A DNA stretch of 64,000 nucleotides from an uncultured bacterium. Lineage in GTDB: Bacteria > Poribacteria > WGA-4E > WGA-3G. The notes under the pieces are model-generated. The model searched no databases, was not told the DNA's origin, and worked only from the letters and a program-made list of their open reading frames with translations. Made by a program: the position numbers and the translations under genes. The stretch covers positions 123-64,122 of the forward strand of contig CAZGAW010000009.1 of the NCBI GenBank assembly GCA_964523645.1, in the 5' to 3' direction. Numbering within the stretch: the stretch's first letter is position 1; every line of letters begins with the position of its first letter. Positions 53,586-63,108 of the stretch are shown here, piece by piece.

Positions 53586-55034
53586 TTATATCTCTTTGCG
53601 CTGGAATGCGACGTGTGCCGTCAGAAATAGCAGGATAAAAAAGAGCAACAATAGTGCTACGTCCAGAATTGCGCCTTTGAATGCCTCCTCTAAACGCACC
53701 CGGTCCTGAAATTTGGGAATGCTTTCAAAGGAGACGGGTTTATCAGACATACCTTCTCTAACGAAAGGAACGTGTGGACTGTCTGGATCGGCGCGGTCGG
53801 CAGCAATGAGGAAATCGTTGAATTCATCAGCATAACGCTCTGCGTTTTTCAAGAAATTCAGATGTCTTTGAAACCCCGTCCCGGCGAGAGATTCAATTGC
53901 GTATTGCACAATTGCTGTCGGTGAGATACGATTGAACTCTCTCGCAATCTGAATCTGGTTGATTTGTGCGTTTAAGTAGGCTCTCTGCAATCTTGTGCCT
54001 TCTCTCGCCTCCTCATTGAGAAACTCAGCCCAGAGCAGTGTTGCGGGTGTTGGTGGACGCGTGCGCGTCGGGGCTTCCTCCTCTAAGCCGCGTGCTAAGT
54101 AGCGTTCCTCGAGTCCATTATGACTGAAATGTATCGGACTGGGACCTCGACGGATTGATGGCTGGTTCAATCCACTCATAATTGTCCCAAGCATTGATGG
54201 CACAAGGATAACCCAAATTACCCATATAAGCAGCAGGATGACAAGGCTTGTTGAGGCGTTGTTAGTGAGCGTGGATATAAGGATTCCTAAGGCGATAAAG
54301 ACAGATATATATATCAAGCCGACGACGAAAACACCACCGATTCTACTCCATTCTTGTGCAGTGAGTTGGAGAGTGCCAGAGAGATAGAGTAACAGGAGAT
54401 TAACCAACGCGCCGCTCACAAAAACAGCACTGAGACTGATAAAGACGCTTAAGAATTTACCAGTGAGCACTGTTCGACGCGCAACGGCATTCGATAACGT
54501 CAATCGCAGTGTTCCACGCTCCACTTCGCCAGAAATCGCGTCGAATGTAAAGACAAGTGCGAGGAAACTGAGGATACTGGAAATGATGAGGATCCAATCG
54601 ATTTTTAAGAATGTTGGAAAAATATCTTTCGCTTTTATTGATGGAAATCCACTATATTTCAGTCGCCATATACCAGAGAAATTATAGTTTTCTCCATCTA
54701 TGGAAGCGTTCGATCCCCATCCCGCACTCCATCCTAACACAAATTTCGGTAGATAGTTTTCACTGCCATGCGCGCAGAAAGAGAGTGGCGATGGCTTCTT
54801 CTGAAGGGCACCGGGACCTCGTACAACAAAATTGTAAAGATTGCTGCTATCTTCTTCCAGCCCTGCCAAATACGCTGATACCTCCCGCCTATATTCTGAT
54901 TGCCGTGTTTTATATGCTTCAATATGGCCCAAGGCATTGACAATCATCAAAAAAACAGTGAGCAACAGAGCGAGCGCGAAACGGAGGCTACTCATCTGTT
55001 CAAATAATTCTCGTTTCACAATATGCCACAGCAT
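53586..55034 (-). CDS. ABC-2 type transporter permease with large extracytoplasmic insertions
   Basis: 482 aa. The N-terminal MLWHIVKRELFEQMSSLRF helix is followed by a loop, a 5-TM block, a second soluble region and a terminal TM. It is a paralog of the next gene. Confidence 0.55.
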   Translation of the reverse strand: MLWHIVKRELFEQMSSLRFALALLLTVFLMIVNALGHIEAYKTRQSEYRREVSAYLAGLEEDSSNLYNFVVRGPGALQKKPSPLSFCAHGSENYLPKFVLGWSAGWGSNASIDGENYNFSGIWRLKYSGFPSIKAKDIFPTFLKIDWILIISSILSFLALVFTFDAISGEVERGTLRLTLSNAVARRTVLTGKFLSVFISLSAVFVSGALVNLLLLYLSGTLQLTAQEWSRIGGVFVVGLIYISVFIALGILISTLTNNASTSLVILLLIWVIWVILVPSMLGTIMSGLNQPSIRRGPSPIHFSHNGLEERYLARGLEEEAPTRTRPPTPATLLWAEFLNEEAREGTRLQRAYLNAQINQIQIAREFNRISPTAIVQYAIESLAGTGFQRHLNFLKNAERYADEFNDFLIAADRADPDSPHVPFVREGMSDKPVSFESIPKFQDRVRLEEAFKGAILDVALLLLFFILLFLTAHVAFQRKEI

Positions 55035-55035
55035 T

Positions 55036-56511
55036 TCAGATCTCCTGCCGAGTGAAGATAGCGAAGGTAACCATAAGGAATATCGGATTTAGAAAGAAAA
55101 GTAGAAGTAGATCCAGGAATGCGAAGTTACTGGCATCTTCCCATACACTCGGCGGATGATAAGAGAACCGTGGTGCATCGTCCCACAAGACGGCTCCTTT
55201 ATCACTTGCAAACCATTGGCGTGAACTGAATGCCTTTTTATCATGGAAATAGTCCAATACCGTTTCTCTATATTGGCGTCCTGCTTTGAAAAAATCTTGC
55301 ATTCTCGCGAGACCTGTCCCTGCCCACCCTTCTGTTGAGAGGTAATATAAACCTGTCGGTGAAAATCGGAGCGCGTTTTGGGCAATACTTGATTTACGAA
55401 TGTAGGTCTCAGAAAAGGCGTTCTCTCGTATCCGCCAAGTCGATTTCGCCGCATCCATCTGCAGAGATGTTAATGCTTGATAGTAGGTAATAGCATTAGG
55501 GATATGGATTTCCAATTCTTCCGGAATATATGACGTATTTTTGCCTTGATGGATATAACCTCTTGAACTGCCACGTCCGGAATACCTCAGTAGCAGAGAT
55601 GGATTTTCAAATGGATTGCTGAGTTTGTCTTTCTGTCGATAGAATCGGTCCGAAATCTGGTCAATTTCTCGATTCACCTGTTCCATCTTCTCTTCTGTAT
55701 CAATGAAACGATTCACAAGGAACAGACTCACGTTCGGATAGAGCAACGTCAAAACGACCCAAATAAACATTGAAAAAATTAGCGATGTCGCCGTGCGGTG
55801 AAATATGCTGGAGATAAGTAATCCGATGAGGTAGAACGTGGAGGTATAGATGACTGTTGTGAAAAAGATGCTTCCGATTCGGAAAAAGTCATCAGCACTA
55901 TAATGGATCGCTGGAGATTGAAGTTGTAGCAGCAGTGCCAGTAGAAAACTCATCAGCAGTGGTAGCGTAAGGCATAACATGGCCCCTAAATACTTTGACA
56001 ATACAATCAGCCCGCGTCCAACAGGATTGACAAGGATTAGGCGTAATGTGCCATTCTCTCGGTCACCTGCTATCGCATCATAAGCAAAGATTAGCGCGAG
56101 GAGACTTAAAAGGATTTGGAAGATGGATACCAGATCTATATCGGCGAGTAGGTGTCGGAAAGGATTACTGAAACCGGTATTACGGTGGACATCATCCCAC
56201 AAAAAAGGGACCTCTCCAATGTGGATTTGGATAGAGTTCTTTGCTCGCTTGTCAAGTCCTTGATTAAAAAGGCGCAACGGATTCGGATTTCTATCAAGAT
56301 ATGGGCTGAAATATGAGTAAGTTTCGGCACTAAAGGTCTGTTCCTGATGTGTTTGAAACTCTGCAGTGTAACTCGCGAGTCGCCGCTCATAATTGTCCCT
56401 TAAGACAATGCTCCCCGCAAGTACAAGTGACATAGACGCAATAACAGCAACCAAAAATCGGAACGTCATTAAATTGGTTAAAAGTTCATGTCGAATCAGC
56501 GTCCAAAGCAT
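55036..56511 (-). CDS. ABC-2 type transporter permease, paralog
   Basis: 491 aa, starting MLWTLIRHELLTNLMTFRF, with the same architecture. It is separated by 1 nt from the downstream paralog. Confidence 0.55.
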   Translation of the reverse strand: MLWTLIRHELLTNLMTFRFLVAVIASMSLVLAGSIVLRDNYERRLASYTAEFQTHQEQTFSAETYSYFSPYLDRNPNPLRLFNQGLDKRAKNSIQIHIGEVPFLWDDVHRNTGFSNPFRHLLADIDLVSIFQILLSLLALIFAYDAIAGDRENGTLRLILVNPVGRGLIVLSKYLGAMLCLTLPLLMSFLLALLLQLQSPAIHYSADDFFRIGSIFFTTVIYTSTFYLIGLLISSIFHRTATSLIFSMFIWVVLTLLYPNVSLFLVNRFIDTEEKMEQVNREIDQISDRFYRQKDKLSNPFENPSLLLRYSGRGSSRGYIHQGKNTSYIPEELEIHIPNAITYYQALTSLQMDAAKSTWRIRENAFSETYIRKSSIAQNALRFSPTGLYYLSTEGWAGTGLARMQDFFKAGRQYRETVLDYFHDKKAFSSRQWFASDKGAVLWDDAPRFSYHPPSVWEDASNFAFLDLLLLFFLNPIFLMVTFAIFTRQEI

Positions 56512-56664
56512 TGCGGCATATTCTCCTTTGACCTAACTTTCATCTATACACCGGTTTGGATGCACTTTTCAGGATACAGTTAGGATGAAGCGATGTTTCG
56601 GAATTTGGAGATCCTTCCCACAAATGTGTTGCTAATTGTGTGATGACGTGTTATTCTATTGAAT

Positions 56665-58068
56665 ATGAAAACGGAAACGCGGATCCCCTCAGCGATGCAC
56701 GCCCCCGGTGCAGTTCTTTTGATCTCTTGCTACGAGCTTGGGCACCGACCGATCGGGCTCACGCGTCCGCTTCACGCCTTTGAAGCCGCAGGATTCATGC
56801 CTGATGTAATCGATATTGCTGTCGAACCGTTGGATACTGAGAAGGTTGCGCGCGCAAAATTTATCGGTATCTCCGTTCCGATGCACACTGCTTTGCGACT
56901 TGGTGTTCATCTCTTACATCGCATTCAAGAAATCAACCCAGAAGCCTCTATCTGCATGTACGGGCTTTATGCCATACTCAACGCTGACTACCTACTTTCG
57001 CACGGTGTCGATTTTTGCATCAGCGGCACAACGTCAACACAACTCGTCGAGTTGATGCAATCCCTCGCGAAGGAAGAACAGTCTGAAACACAAGAAACAG
57101 GTCTCCCTATTGCGGAGCTGCCGCCGCTGGAGATGTACGCACACTTTGAAGACAAAGATGAGGTGCGAACCGTCGGTTATACCGAGACGACGCACGGGTG
57201 CAAGCATCTCTGCACACACTGTCCCATCCCGCCGGTCTATAACGGCAAATTTTCCGTTGTGCAACGTGATAGGGTACTCGCTGAAATAGAAGAGCAGGTG
57301 CTGGAAGGTGCGACGCATATTACTTTCGGCGATCCTGATTTCCTCAACGGGCCGACGCACGGACTCCGTATTCTCCGCGCAATGCACGAAACTTTTCCGA
57401 GTCTTACCTTCGATTTCACGACTAAGGTTGAGCATATCCTGAAAAACAGGGAATACTTCCCAGAATTCGCGCAACTCGGATGCAGGTTCGTCATCTCTGC
57501 CGTTGAAACCCTGAACGAAAGGGTACTAACGATCTTAGAAAAACATCACACACGCGCCGATGTAGCGGAAGCTATTGACATCGTTCACGGAGCAGGCATC
57601 GCGCTGCGTCCGACGTGGGTACCGTTTACACCGTGGACAACTTTAGACGATTATCTCGACCTCCTCAAGTTTGTTGATACGCATCGCCTTATCTATCACG
57701 TGGATCCGGTGCAGTACGCCGTTCGGTTGCTAATTCCCCCAGGTTCATATTTGCTCAATCGTCCCGAAACGCAAAAACTGTCACTTGTCCTTGACGAAGC
57801 CGCCTTCAGTTATACATGGACACACCCGGATGCACGAATGGATGAGCTTCACAAAACGGTCAATGCCCTCGTTGAAAATGACGCACGCGCCGGTGTTGAC
57901 GCGTTAGAAACCTTTTATCGGATATGGGCGCTCGCTGCCGACATGCGAGGACAGCCCCCACCGAAACGGAGGAAAGGAGTACATCCACAGGCACCACGAC
58001 TCACCGAAGCGTGGTTCTGCTGAGCGGAACCCACCGAAGGGCAGTTTGCCCCAATCCATTTTTTTTAA
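56665..58068 (+). CDS. B12-binding-domain-like radical SAM protein, candidate CUAEP-tail selenoprotein (in-frame TGA at 58021..58023 read as Sec)
   Basis: It has CKHLCTHC (CX3CX2C). The annotated ORF ends ...EAWFC-TGA and the same frame continues AEPTEGQFAPIHFF-TAA. This gives C-U-A-E-P, the tail I recall naming a radical SAM family. A hairpin follows the TGA. Confidence 0.55.
58024..58060 (+). promoter_or_regulatory. Candidate bacterial SECIS element
   Basis: A GGGCA-guu-UGCCC stem-loop starts 15 nt after the UGA, with possible outer pairing GGA/UCC. The loop contains GU. The structure was not computed. Confidence 0.3.
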
Positions 58069-58166
58069 ATATTGGGTTTCAGATAGATTTTTAGTATTTT
58101 TTAACTTATGAAGTTTCCTCCGAGTTCTTTCCTTGTCAAAACCCTTTAGATTATAAAGGAGAAAAT

Positions 58167-58853
58167 ATGTCAAAACAAATTCAAGAACTACTCAATTTAG
58201 AAACCGCTCCTGTTGCCGTAACATTTCATGATGTCCAACCTGATGGCATCTCCCGCACGGAAAAGTCTGAAGCCTCAGGCTGTACCTATTGGCGACGCGC
58301 AGCGGAAGGCAAGACCTTTTACACCGAAGCCTCCGACCACTATAACTGCCCGATAGGCTGCTACACGCATAACGTTGAATTACCAGATGCACAGATGGAG
58401 GAACTCGAAAATACACTCGGACTGATGGGTGAACTCGGCTACATCGCTATGGAAGAGGTCCCCGGTATTCCAACACGGGAAACGCCCTTTAAAAGTGCAG
58501 TCTACGCGCCTCTATCAGATGCAATTGAGACACCTGATGTTGTCATCATCTCCGGTACGCCGAGACAGATGATGCTCTTGATGGAAGCCGCAACCGCTGC
58601 TGGAATCGGTTCAGAAAACGGAATTATGGGACGACCAACGTGTGCAGCGATTCCTGCTGTCATCCAAAGCGAACGGAGTGTTAGCAGCTTAGGATGTATC
58701 GGCAACCGTGTGTATACCGCTCTCTCTGACGATGACTTCTACTTCGCTTTCCCCGGCAAACACATCGATGTGCTTATTGAAAAGTTAGAAACGATTGTGA
58801 ATGCGAATCAGGCATTGGAAGAGTATCACCAGCAACGGCAAGCGGAGCTTTGA
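58167..58853 (+). CDS. DUF169 domain protein
   Basis: 228 aa after AAAGGAG. APVAVTF...GCTYWRRAAEGKTFYT...HYNCPIGCY and the GRPTCA pattern are as in DUF169. Confidence 0.6.
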   Translation: MSKQIQELLNLETAPVAVTFHDVQPDGISRTEKSEASGCTYWRRAAEGKTFYTEASDHYNCPIGCYTHNVELPDAQMEELENTLGLMGELGYIAMEEVPGIPTRETPFKSAVYAPLSDAIETPDVVIISGTPRQMMLLMEAATAAGIGSENGIMGRPTCAAIPAVIQSERSVSSLGCIGNRVYTALSDDDFYFAFPGKHIDVLIEKLETIVNANQALEEYHQQRQAEL

Positions 58854-58858
58854 ACGTC

Positions 58859-59668
58859 ATGCAAAAAGTTGCAGTTATTACAGGGGCGGCAAGCGGCATC
58901 GGACGAGGATTAGCAGAACGGTTCGCAACGGAAGGTATGAAAGTCGTTCTTGCTGACGTTGAAGAACAACCGTTAGCCGAACTTGAAGCAGACTTAAACG
59001 CGAAAGGCGCAACGGTTCTCACCGTCAAAACAGATGTCTCAAATGCCGAAGAGGTCGAAAACCTTGCGAAGCAAACGCTGGACGCTTTTGGGGCGGTGCA
59101 TATCCTCTGCAACAACGCAGGAGTCGTTTGTAGTCGTCCCGTCTGGGAGCATCCCCTCGCTGATTGGGAATGGGTGTTAGGCGTTAATCTGTGGGGCGTG
59201 ATCCACGGCATCCGATCATTTGTGCCACGTATGCTCGCGCAAGGTGACGAATGTCATATTGTGAATACCGCTTCTATCTTGGGTTTGGTGGGCGGCAGTG
59301 GTGAAGGTATCTATAAGGTGAGCAAACACGGGGTCGTTGCGCTTTCCGAAACCCTCGCCGCCGAATTGGCACAGAAAGATGCTAATATTCAAGTGCATGT
59401 GCTGTGCCCCGGATGGGTTCGCACAGGGATTTTGGATTCCGCCCGAAACCGTCCGGACGCATTGCAAAATCCGGCGGAGATAGAGCGTCCACAGGAAATA
59501 ATCATTGGCGGTTCACGGAATAGCCGTGCTGAGATGGAGGCTGGACTATCACCTACGGAAGTAGCAGAACATGTCCATAACGCGATCCAGAACGGCACCT
59601 TCTATATCCATACACATCCTGAGCACAAGGCGTGGATTCTTGAGCGTATGGAACGTATCCTCGAATAA
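58859..59668 (+). CDS. SDR family oxidoreductase
   Basis: Starts MQKVAVITGAASGIG and contains NNAG and YKVSK motifs. Confidence 0.75.
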   Translation: MQKVAVITGAASGIGRGLAERFATEGMKVVLADVEEQPLAELEADLNAKGATVLTVKTDVSNAEEVENLAKQTLDAFGAVHILCNNAGVVCSRPVWEHPLADWEWVLGVNLWGVIHGIRSFVPRMLAQGDECHIVNTASILGLVGGSGEGIYKVSKHGVVALSETLAAELAQKDANIQVHVLCPGWVRTGILDSARNRPDALQNPAEIERPQEIIIGGSRNSRAEMEAGLSPTEVAEHVHNAIQNGTFYIHTHPEHKAWILERMERILE

Positions 59669-59917
59669 TTACTCTATTTCAACAGGTAGGTCAGTATACT
59701 CATATACCGGCGTTTGGATGGTGCGAACAGGCTGACACTGTTCCCATACTGCTTGATGTAAGCGTTCGACGGTTTCTGGAGAAAAAAGCTGTTCTCCCGT
59801 TTCAACATTGACTCGAGCAGGAACGTTTTCAATCAGAAAGAACTTTCCATTCAGTTCAATGGAGTACGTCACATTTTTCTCAATTAGGTTTTCGTTCCAG
59901 ACGGCATTGTTAGACAT
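59669..59917 (-). CDS. Hypothetical small protein, YgiT/MqsA-N-like beta-ribbon lacking the zinc cysteines
   Basis: VTYSIELNGKFFLIENVPARVNVETGEQLFSPETVERL parallels the YgiT-type pattern (VPA.vC..CGE.yfs) but has no Cys. The start is uncertain (59917 or 60025). Confidence 0.3.
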   Translation of the reverse strand: MSNNAVWNENLIEKNVTYSIELNGKFFLIENVPARVNVETGEQLFSPETVERLHQAVWEQCQPVRTIQTPVYEYTDLPVEIE

Positions 59918-60021
59918 ATGTTCTATATGTTTTGAAGTATCGTAAAGCCTGCGATTATTGCAATACGCTCTGTATTCACAACGGGCGATAAATCGCCCTA
60001 CTACCTGTTGGTATGAACACG

Positions 60022-61104
60022 TCAAGTCAAATCAAGCACACTCCGGGCGACCTCGCCTCTTGCCAATGCCTCAAATGCATCGTTAATCCCTTCCAATGGA
60101 TAGGTGCGCGTGACGAGTTCGTCCAACTTAAGTTGCCCTGCTTTATAGAGCGAAACCAACCGCGGAAAATCTACGTGCGGGCGCGCAGTCCCATACATCG
60201 AACCGATAACCATTTTCTCTGGCATCAGCATCCGTGCATCGAATTCGACGGCAGTGTTCTCGGGTGCGTGTCCGACGAAAACCGTCACACCTCTGCTCCG
60301 CGTACACAAAATCGCTTGCCGAAACGTTTCACCGATTAACCCGATCGCCTCAAAGGCATAGTGGACACCGCGTCCGTTGGTAATCTCTCTAATCTGTTCA
60401 ACGGGATCAACTTCTGAGGCGTTGACAGTGTGTGTGGCACCGAACTGCTTACCGAGTTCAAGTTTGTTGTCGAGTACATCAACGGCAATGATCGGTTCGC
60501 CACCAGAGATCGCTGCACCTTGAATACAATTGAGTCCGACCCCACCGCATCCAAAGACAGCGACTGAACTGCCGGGGGCAACTTCTGCTGTATTGATAGC
60601 GGCACCGACACCTGTCATCACACCACATCCGATGAGCGCGGCTTGTGCAAACGGCATGTCCTTATCAATGGGAACAACTGCGTCCTGTGGAACGAGCGTC
60701 TCAGTGCCGAATGTTCCCAACCCCGACATCTGGTCAATCTCTCGTCCACTTGATCTTATAGCAGGTCTACCTGACCCATCGGCGGGAAGCGCACACAAAT
60801 TCGGAAACCCTTTCTGGCACATTTCACAGAATCCACAGTTCCGCTTCCATGAAAGAATCACATGGTCGCCGACCTGGACTTGGGTTACATCGCTTCCGAT
60901 CTCTTCAATGACACCAGCCCCCTCATGCCCAAGGATGACAGGTAACCTAACAAAGGGCCAATCGCCCTTAACAACGTGCCAATCGGAGTGGCAGACACCG
61001 CTGGCGACCAATCGCACCCGTACCTGATTCGGATTTGGGCGCGGTAGGTCGAATTCTTCAATCTTTAAGTGTGTATCCGTTTCATACAATACTGCAGCTT
61101 TCAT
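60022..61104 (-). CDS. Zinc-dependent alcohol dehydrogenase (MDR family)
   Basis: 360 aa after AGGAGG, with GVCHSDWH, GHEGAGVIEEIG and the GCGGVG Rossmann motif. Confidence 0.8.
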   Translation of the reverse strand: MKAAVLYETDTHLKIEEFDLPRPNPNQVRVRLVASGVCHSDWHVVKGDWPFVRLPVILGHEGAGVIEEIGSDVTQVQVGDHVILSWKRNCGFCEMCQKGFPNLCALPADGSGRPAIRSSGREIDQMSGLGTFGTETLVPQDAVVPIDKDMPFAQAALIGCGVMTGVGAAINTAEVAPGSSVAVFGCGGVGLNCIQGAAISGGEPIIAVDVLDNKLELGKQFGATHTVNASEVDPVEQIREITNGRGVHYAFEAIGLIGETFRQAILCTRSRGVTVFVGHAPENTAVEFDARMLMPEKMVIGSMYGTARPHVDFPRLVSLYKAGQLKLDELVTRTYPLEGINDAFEALARGEVARSVLDLT

Positions 61105-61401
61105 GGGGTTCCTCCTAAATCCAGTCTACTTTTGCTGAAAATAGAGATTGTCTTGAAGAAAGGGAATTAAAGCGAGTGTTATTGCTGTGTGTAATTCTGC
61201 AGTCTATCTATTTCTCCGTTTGTCAAAAATCCACTGGCACTCTCAATTTTTACGCTGTTCTTTGAACCGATTAAGACTTTAGTAGGAGTCATAACCATCA
61301 TTATATCATCTTTTGAGAAAGATGCAAGATAGGTTTTTCAATATCCTTCAGTGACTGGTTAGCGGTTACATAATGTTCTTGGCATCATCAGAATCCTCTT
61401 T

Positions 61402-61436
61402 AACCGATGACTGATAACCGACAACCGACAACTTTT
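61402..61436. repeat. Heptad array (AACCGAT GACTGAT AACCGAC AACCGAC AACTTTT) abutting a consensus promoter
   Basis: Read directly. It is preceded by CCTCTTTA and followed 4 nt later by the TTGACA at 61441. Confidence 0.8.
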
Positions 61437-61440
61437 AAGA

Positions 61441-61470
61441 TTGACATCCACCGGTTAAAAAAGATATAAT
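61441..61470 (+). promoter_or_regulatory. Consensus sigma70 promoter (TTGACA-18-TATAAT)
   Basis: Both hexamers are perfect. It lies directly downstream of a heptad array and 70 nt upstream of the 61539 GTG start. Confidence 0.5.
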
Positions 61471-61538
61471 AGATTGAAATGAACTTCTATGAAAAGCCTG
61501 TCAACTGCCCTTAAAAAACACAAAAGAGGAGGATTGAT

Positions 61539-62057
61539 GTGTTTCGTTTTAACTTGCCCCATAAACTTATATTAAAGAATCGGAGCGTCTTGCTCATCGG
61601 TATCTGCGTTCTTGCTACACTTTCGTGTGGAAGCGGGGTAATTCAGAATTTTGAGGGCATCCAAATCCAATCGGATCCGCGAGTCACCAGGATCGATTTG
61701 CGAATTTATCTGGTAGATAGAAACGGCATCCCGTTGATTTGGAATCAGAGTATTCTCAGTCCAAGCGTCGGGGTGAGCACTGTCTCTGAGGCAGACTTCA
61801 CCACGAACGTCAAAGTTTACTCTATGCGCAATGGGAAACAACACAAGAAGGTCTACGATGGACGACTGCTTGACCTCCGTTGGTCGCAGGAACTCAACAG
61901 GCTGGATCGACTCATGACTGCGGAAATTCCGCGTTCTTTCATTGAAGAGGATCCAGAACGCGATACGCACTTAGGCATCATTACCGTTGAAATCCAGACG
62001 GAAAAACAGGGTCCGTTCTCGGATACTTTAGAGAGAACCGCCATCTACAAGTATTGA
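61539..62057 (+). CDS. Hypothetical lipoprotein
   Basis: 172 aa with a GTG start after AAGAGGAGG and the lipobox-like LATLSCGS. No family recognised. Confidence 0.5.
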   Translation: MFRFNLPHKLILKNRSVLLIGICVLATLSCGSGVIQNFEGIQIQSDPRVTRIDLRIYLVDRNGIPLIWNQSILSPSVGVSTVSEADFTTNVKVYSMRNGKQHKKVYDGRLLDLRWSQELNRLDRLMTAEIPRSFIEEDPERDTHLGIITVEIQTEKQGPFSDTLERTAIYKY

Positions 62058-62164
62058 ACTGGCTGTCAGTTTGCCTCGCAGTGAGAGTTAAAAAGGAGAC
62101 TGGTAACAATCTTCGCAAACTTGGAATATTCCAGGGAGGGGTGAATTGTTACAGAGCACCTCTT

Positions 62165-62199
62165 AACTGAAAACCGATAACCCATAACTGAAAACTACT
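62165..62199. repeat. Heptad array (AACTGAA AACCGAT AACCCAT AACTGAA AACTACT)
   Basis: Read directly. It is preceded by CCTCTTA and ends 7 nt before the 62207 start codon. Confidence 0.8.
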
Positions 62200-62206
62200 A
62201 AAAAAT

Positions 62207-63073
62207 ATGCCCATTCACACACAGGACTATCGACACTGGGAAGGCACCCTGAATTCCCACCCTTATACACGGTGGTGGATTATCGCAAAGGCGGAGTTAA
62301 AACTGCTGGCACAACGCAAAATCGTCCGATTAATTGTTGCTATCCCCCCTTTAATCTACATTTTAGTTCACGCGATGCTTATTTTCATCTTTAATCAGGT
62401 ACCGGTAGGGGAGTTCCCATTTGACTTTGATATTGACAATGAGTTCTTTCAGAAATTTCTATTCCGAATCACACCGATTCCTTCCACATTTTTCATCGCG
62501 CTGATTGCTATTTTCGGGGGTTCTGGATTAATTGCCACCGATCTGAAGAACAACGCGCTCTCACTCTACCTCTCTAAACCCATTTCATGGATAGATTACC
62601 TGATCGGAAAATTTGCTGTCATGGGTATCCTGATCGGTTGCCTTACACTGGCTCCTGGGCTGTTGCTGTTTCTTGAACACGTGCTGTTCACTGATACGTC
62701 CTTTTTTAAAGAGAACTATTGGATTCCCCTTTCGATTATTGCCTACTCGGTGCTTATTACAGTCTCCTCCAGTCTATTGATGTTATTGTTCTCATCGCTT
62801 ACCTCAAATCCTCGCTATGCCATCATCGGTTTTTGTGCTGTTTGGTTTGGTTCGCCCGTTATCTATGAAGTGCTCAAAGCGATTACCCGCACCAGTAAAA
62901 TGGCTTTAGTTTCCATTTGGGCAAGCTACGACATTCTCGGTACATTACTATTCGCCGGTTCACAGGACTATGCCGTGCATTGGGTTTGGGCACTCCTCGC
63001 CCAGATTGGACTGATAGCCGTCTGCCTCTTCGTGCTACACCGTCGGATTCGTGCAGTTGAGATTGTCAAGTAA
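62207..63073 (+). CDS. Polytopic membrane protein, ABC-2 permease-like
   Basis: 288 aa with about 6 hydrophobic segments. The N-terminal WWIIAKAELKLL amphipathic lead-in is typical of ABC-2 permeases. Confidence 0.45.
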   Translation: MPIHTQDYRHWEGTLNSHPYTRWWIIAKAELKLLAQRKIVRLIVAIPPLIYILVHAMLIFIFNQVPVGEFPFDFDIDNEFFQKFLFRITPIPSTFFIALIAIFGGSGLIATDLKNNALSLYLSKPISWIDYLIGKFAVMGILIGCLTLAPGLLLFLEHVLFTDTSFFKENYWIPLSIIAYSVLITVSSSLLMLLFSSLTSNPRYAIIGFCAVWFGSPVIYEVLKAITRTSKMALVSIWASYDILGTLLFAGSQDYAVHWVWALLAQIGLIAVCLFVLHRRIRAVEIVK

Positions 63074-63108
63074 CCATTGACGCATAATCGAGAAATCAAT
63101 TTTTTCGA

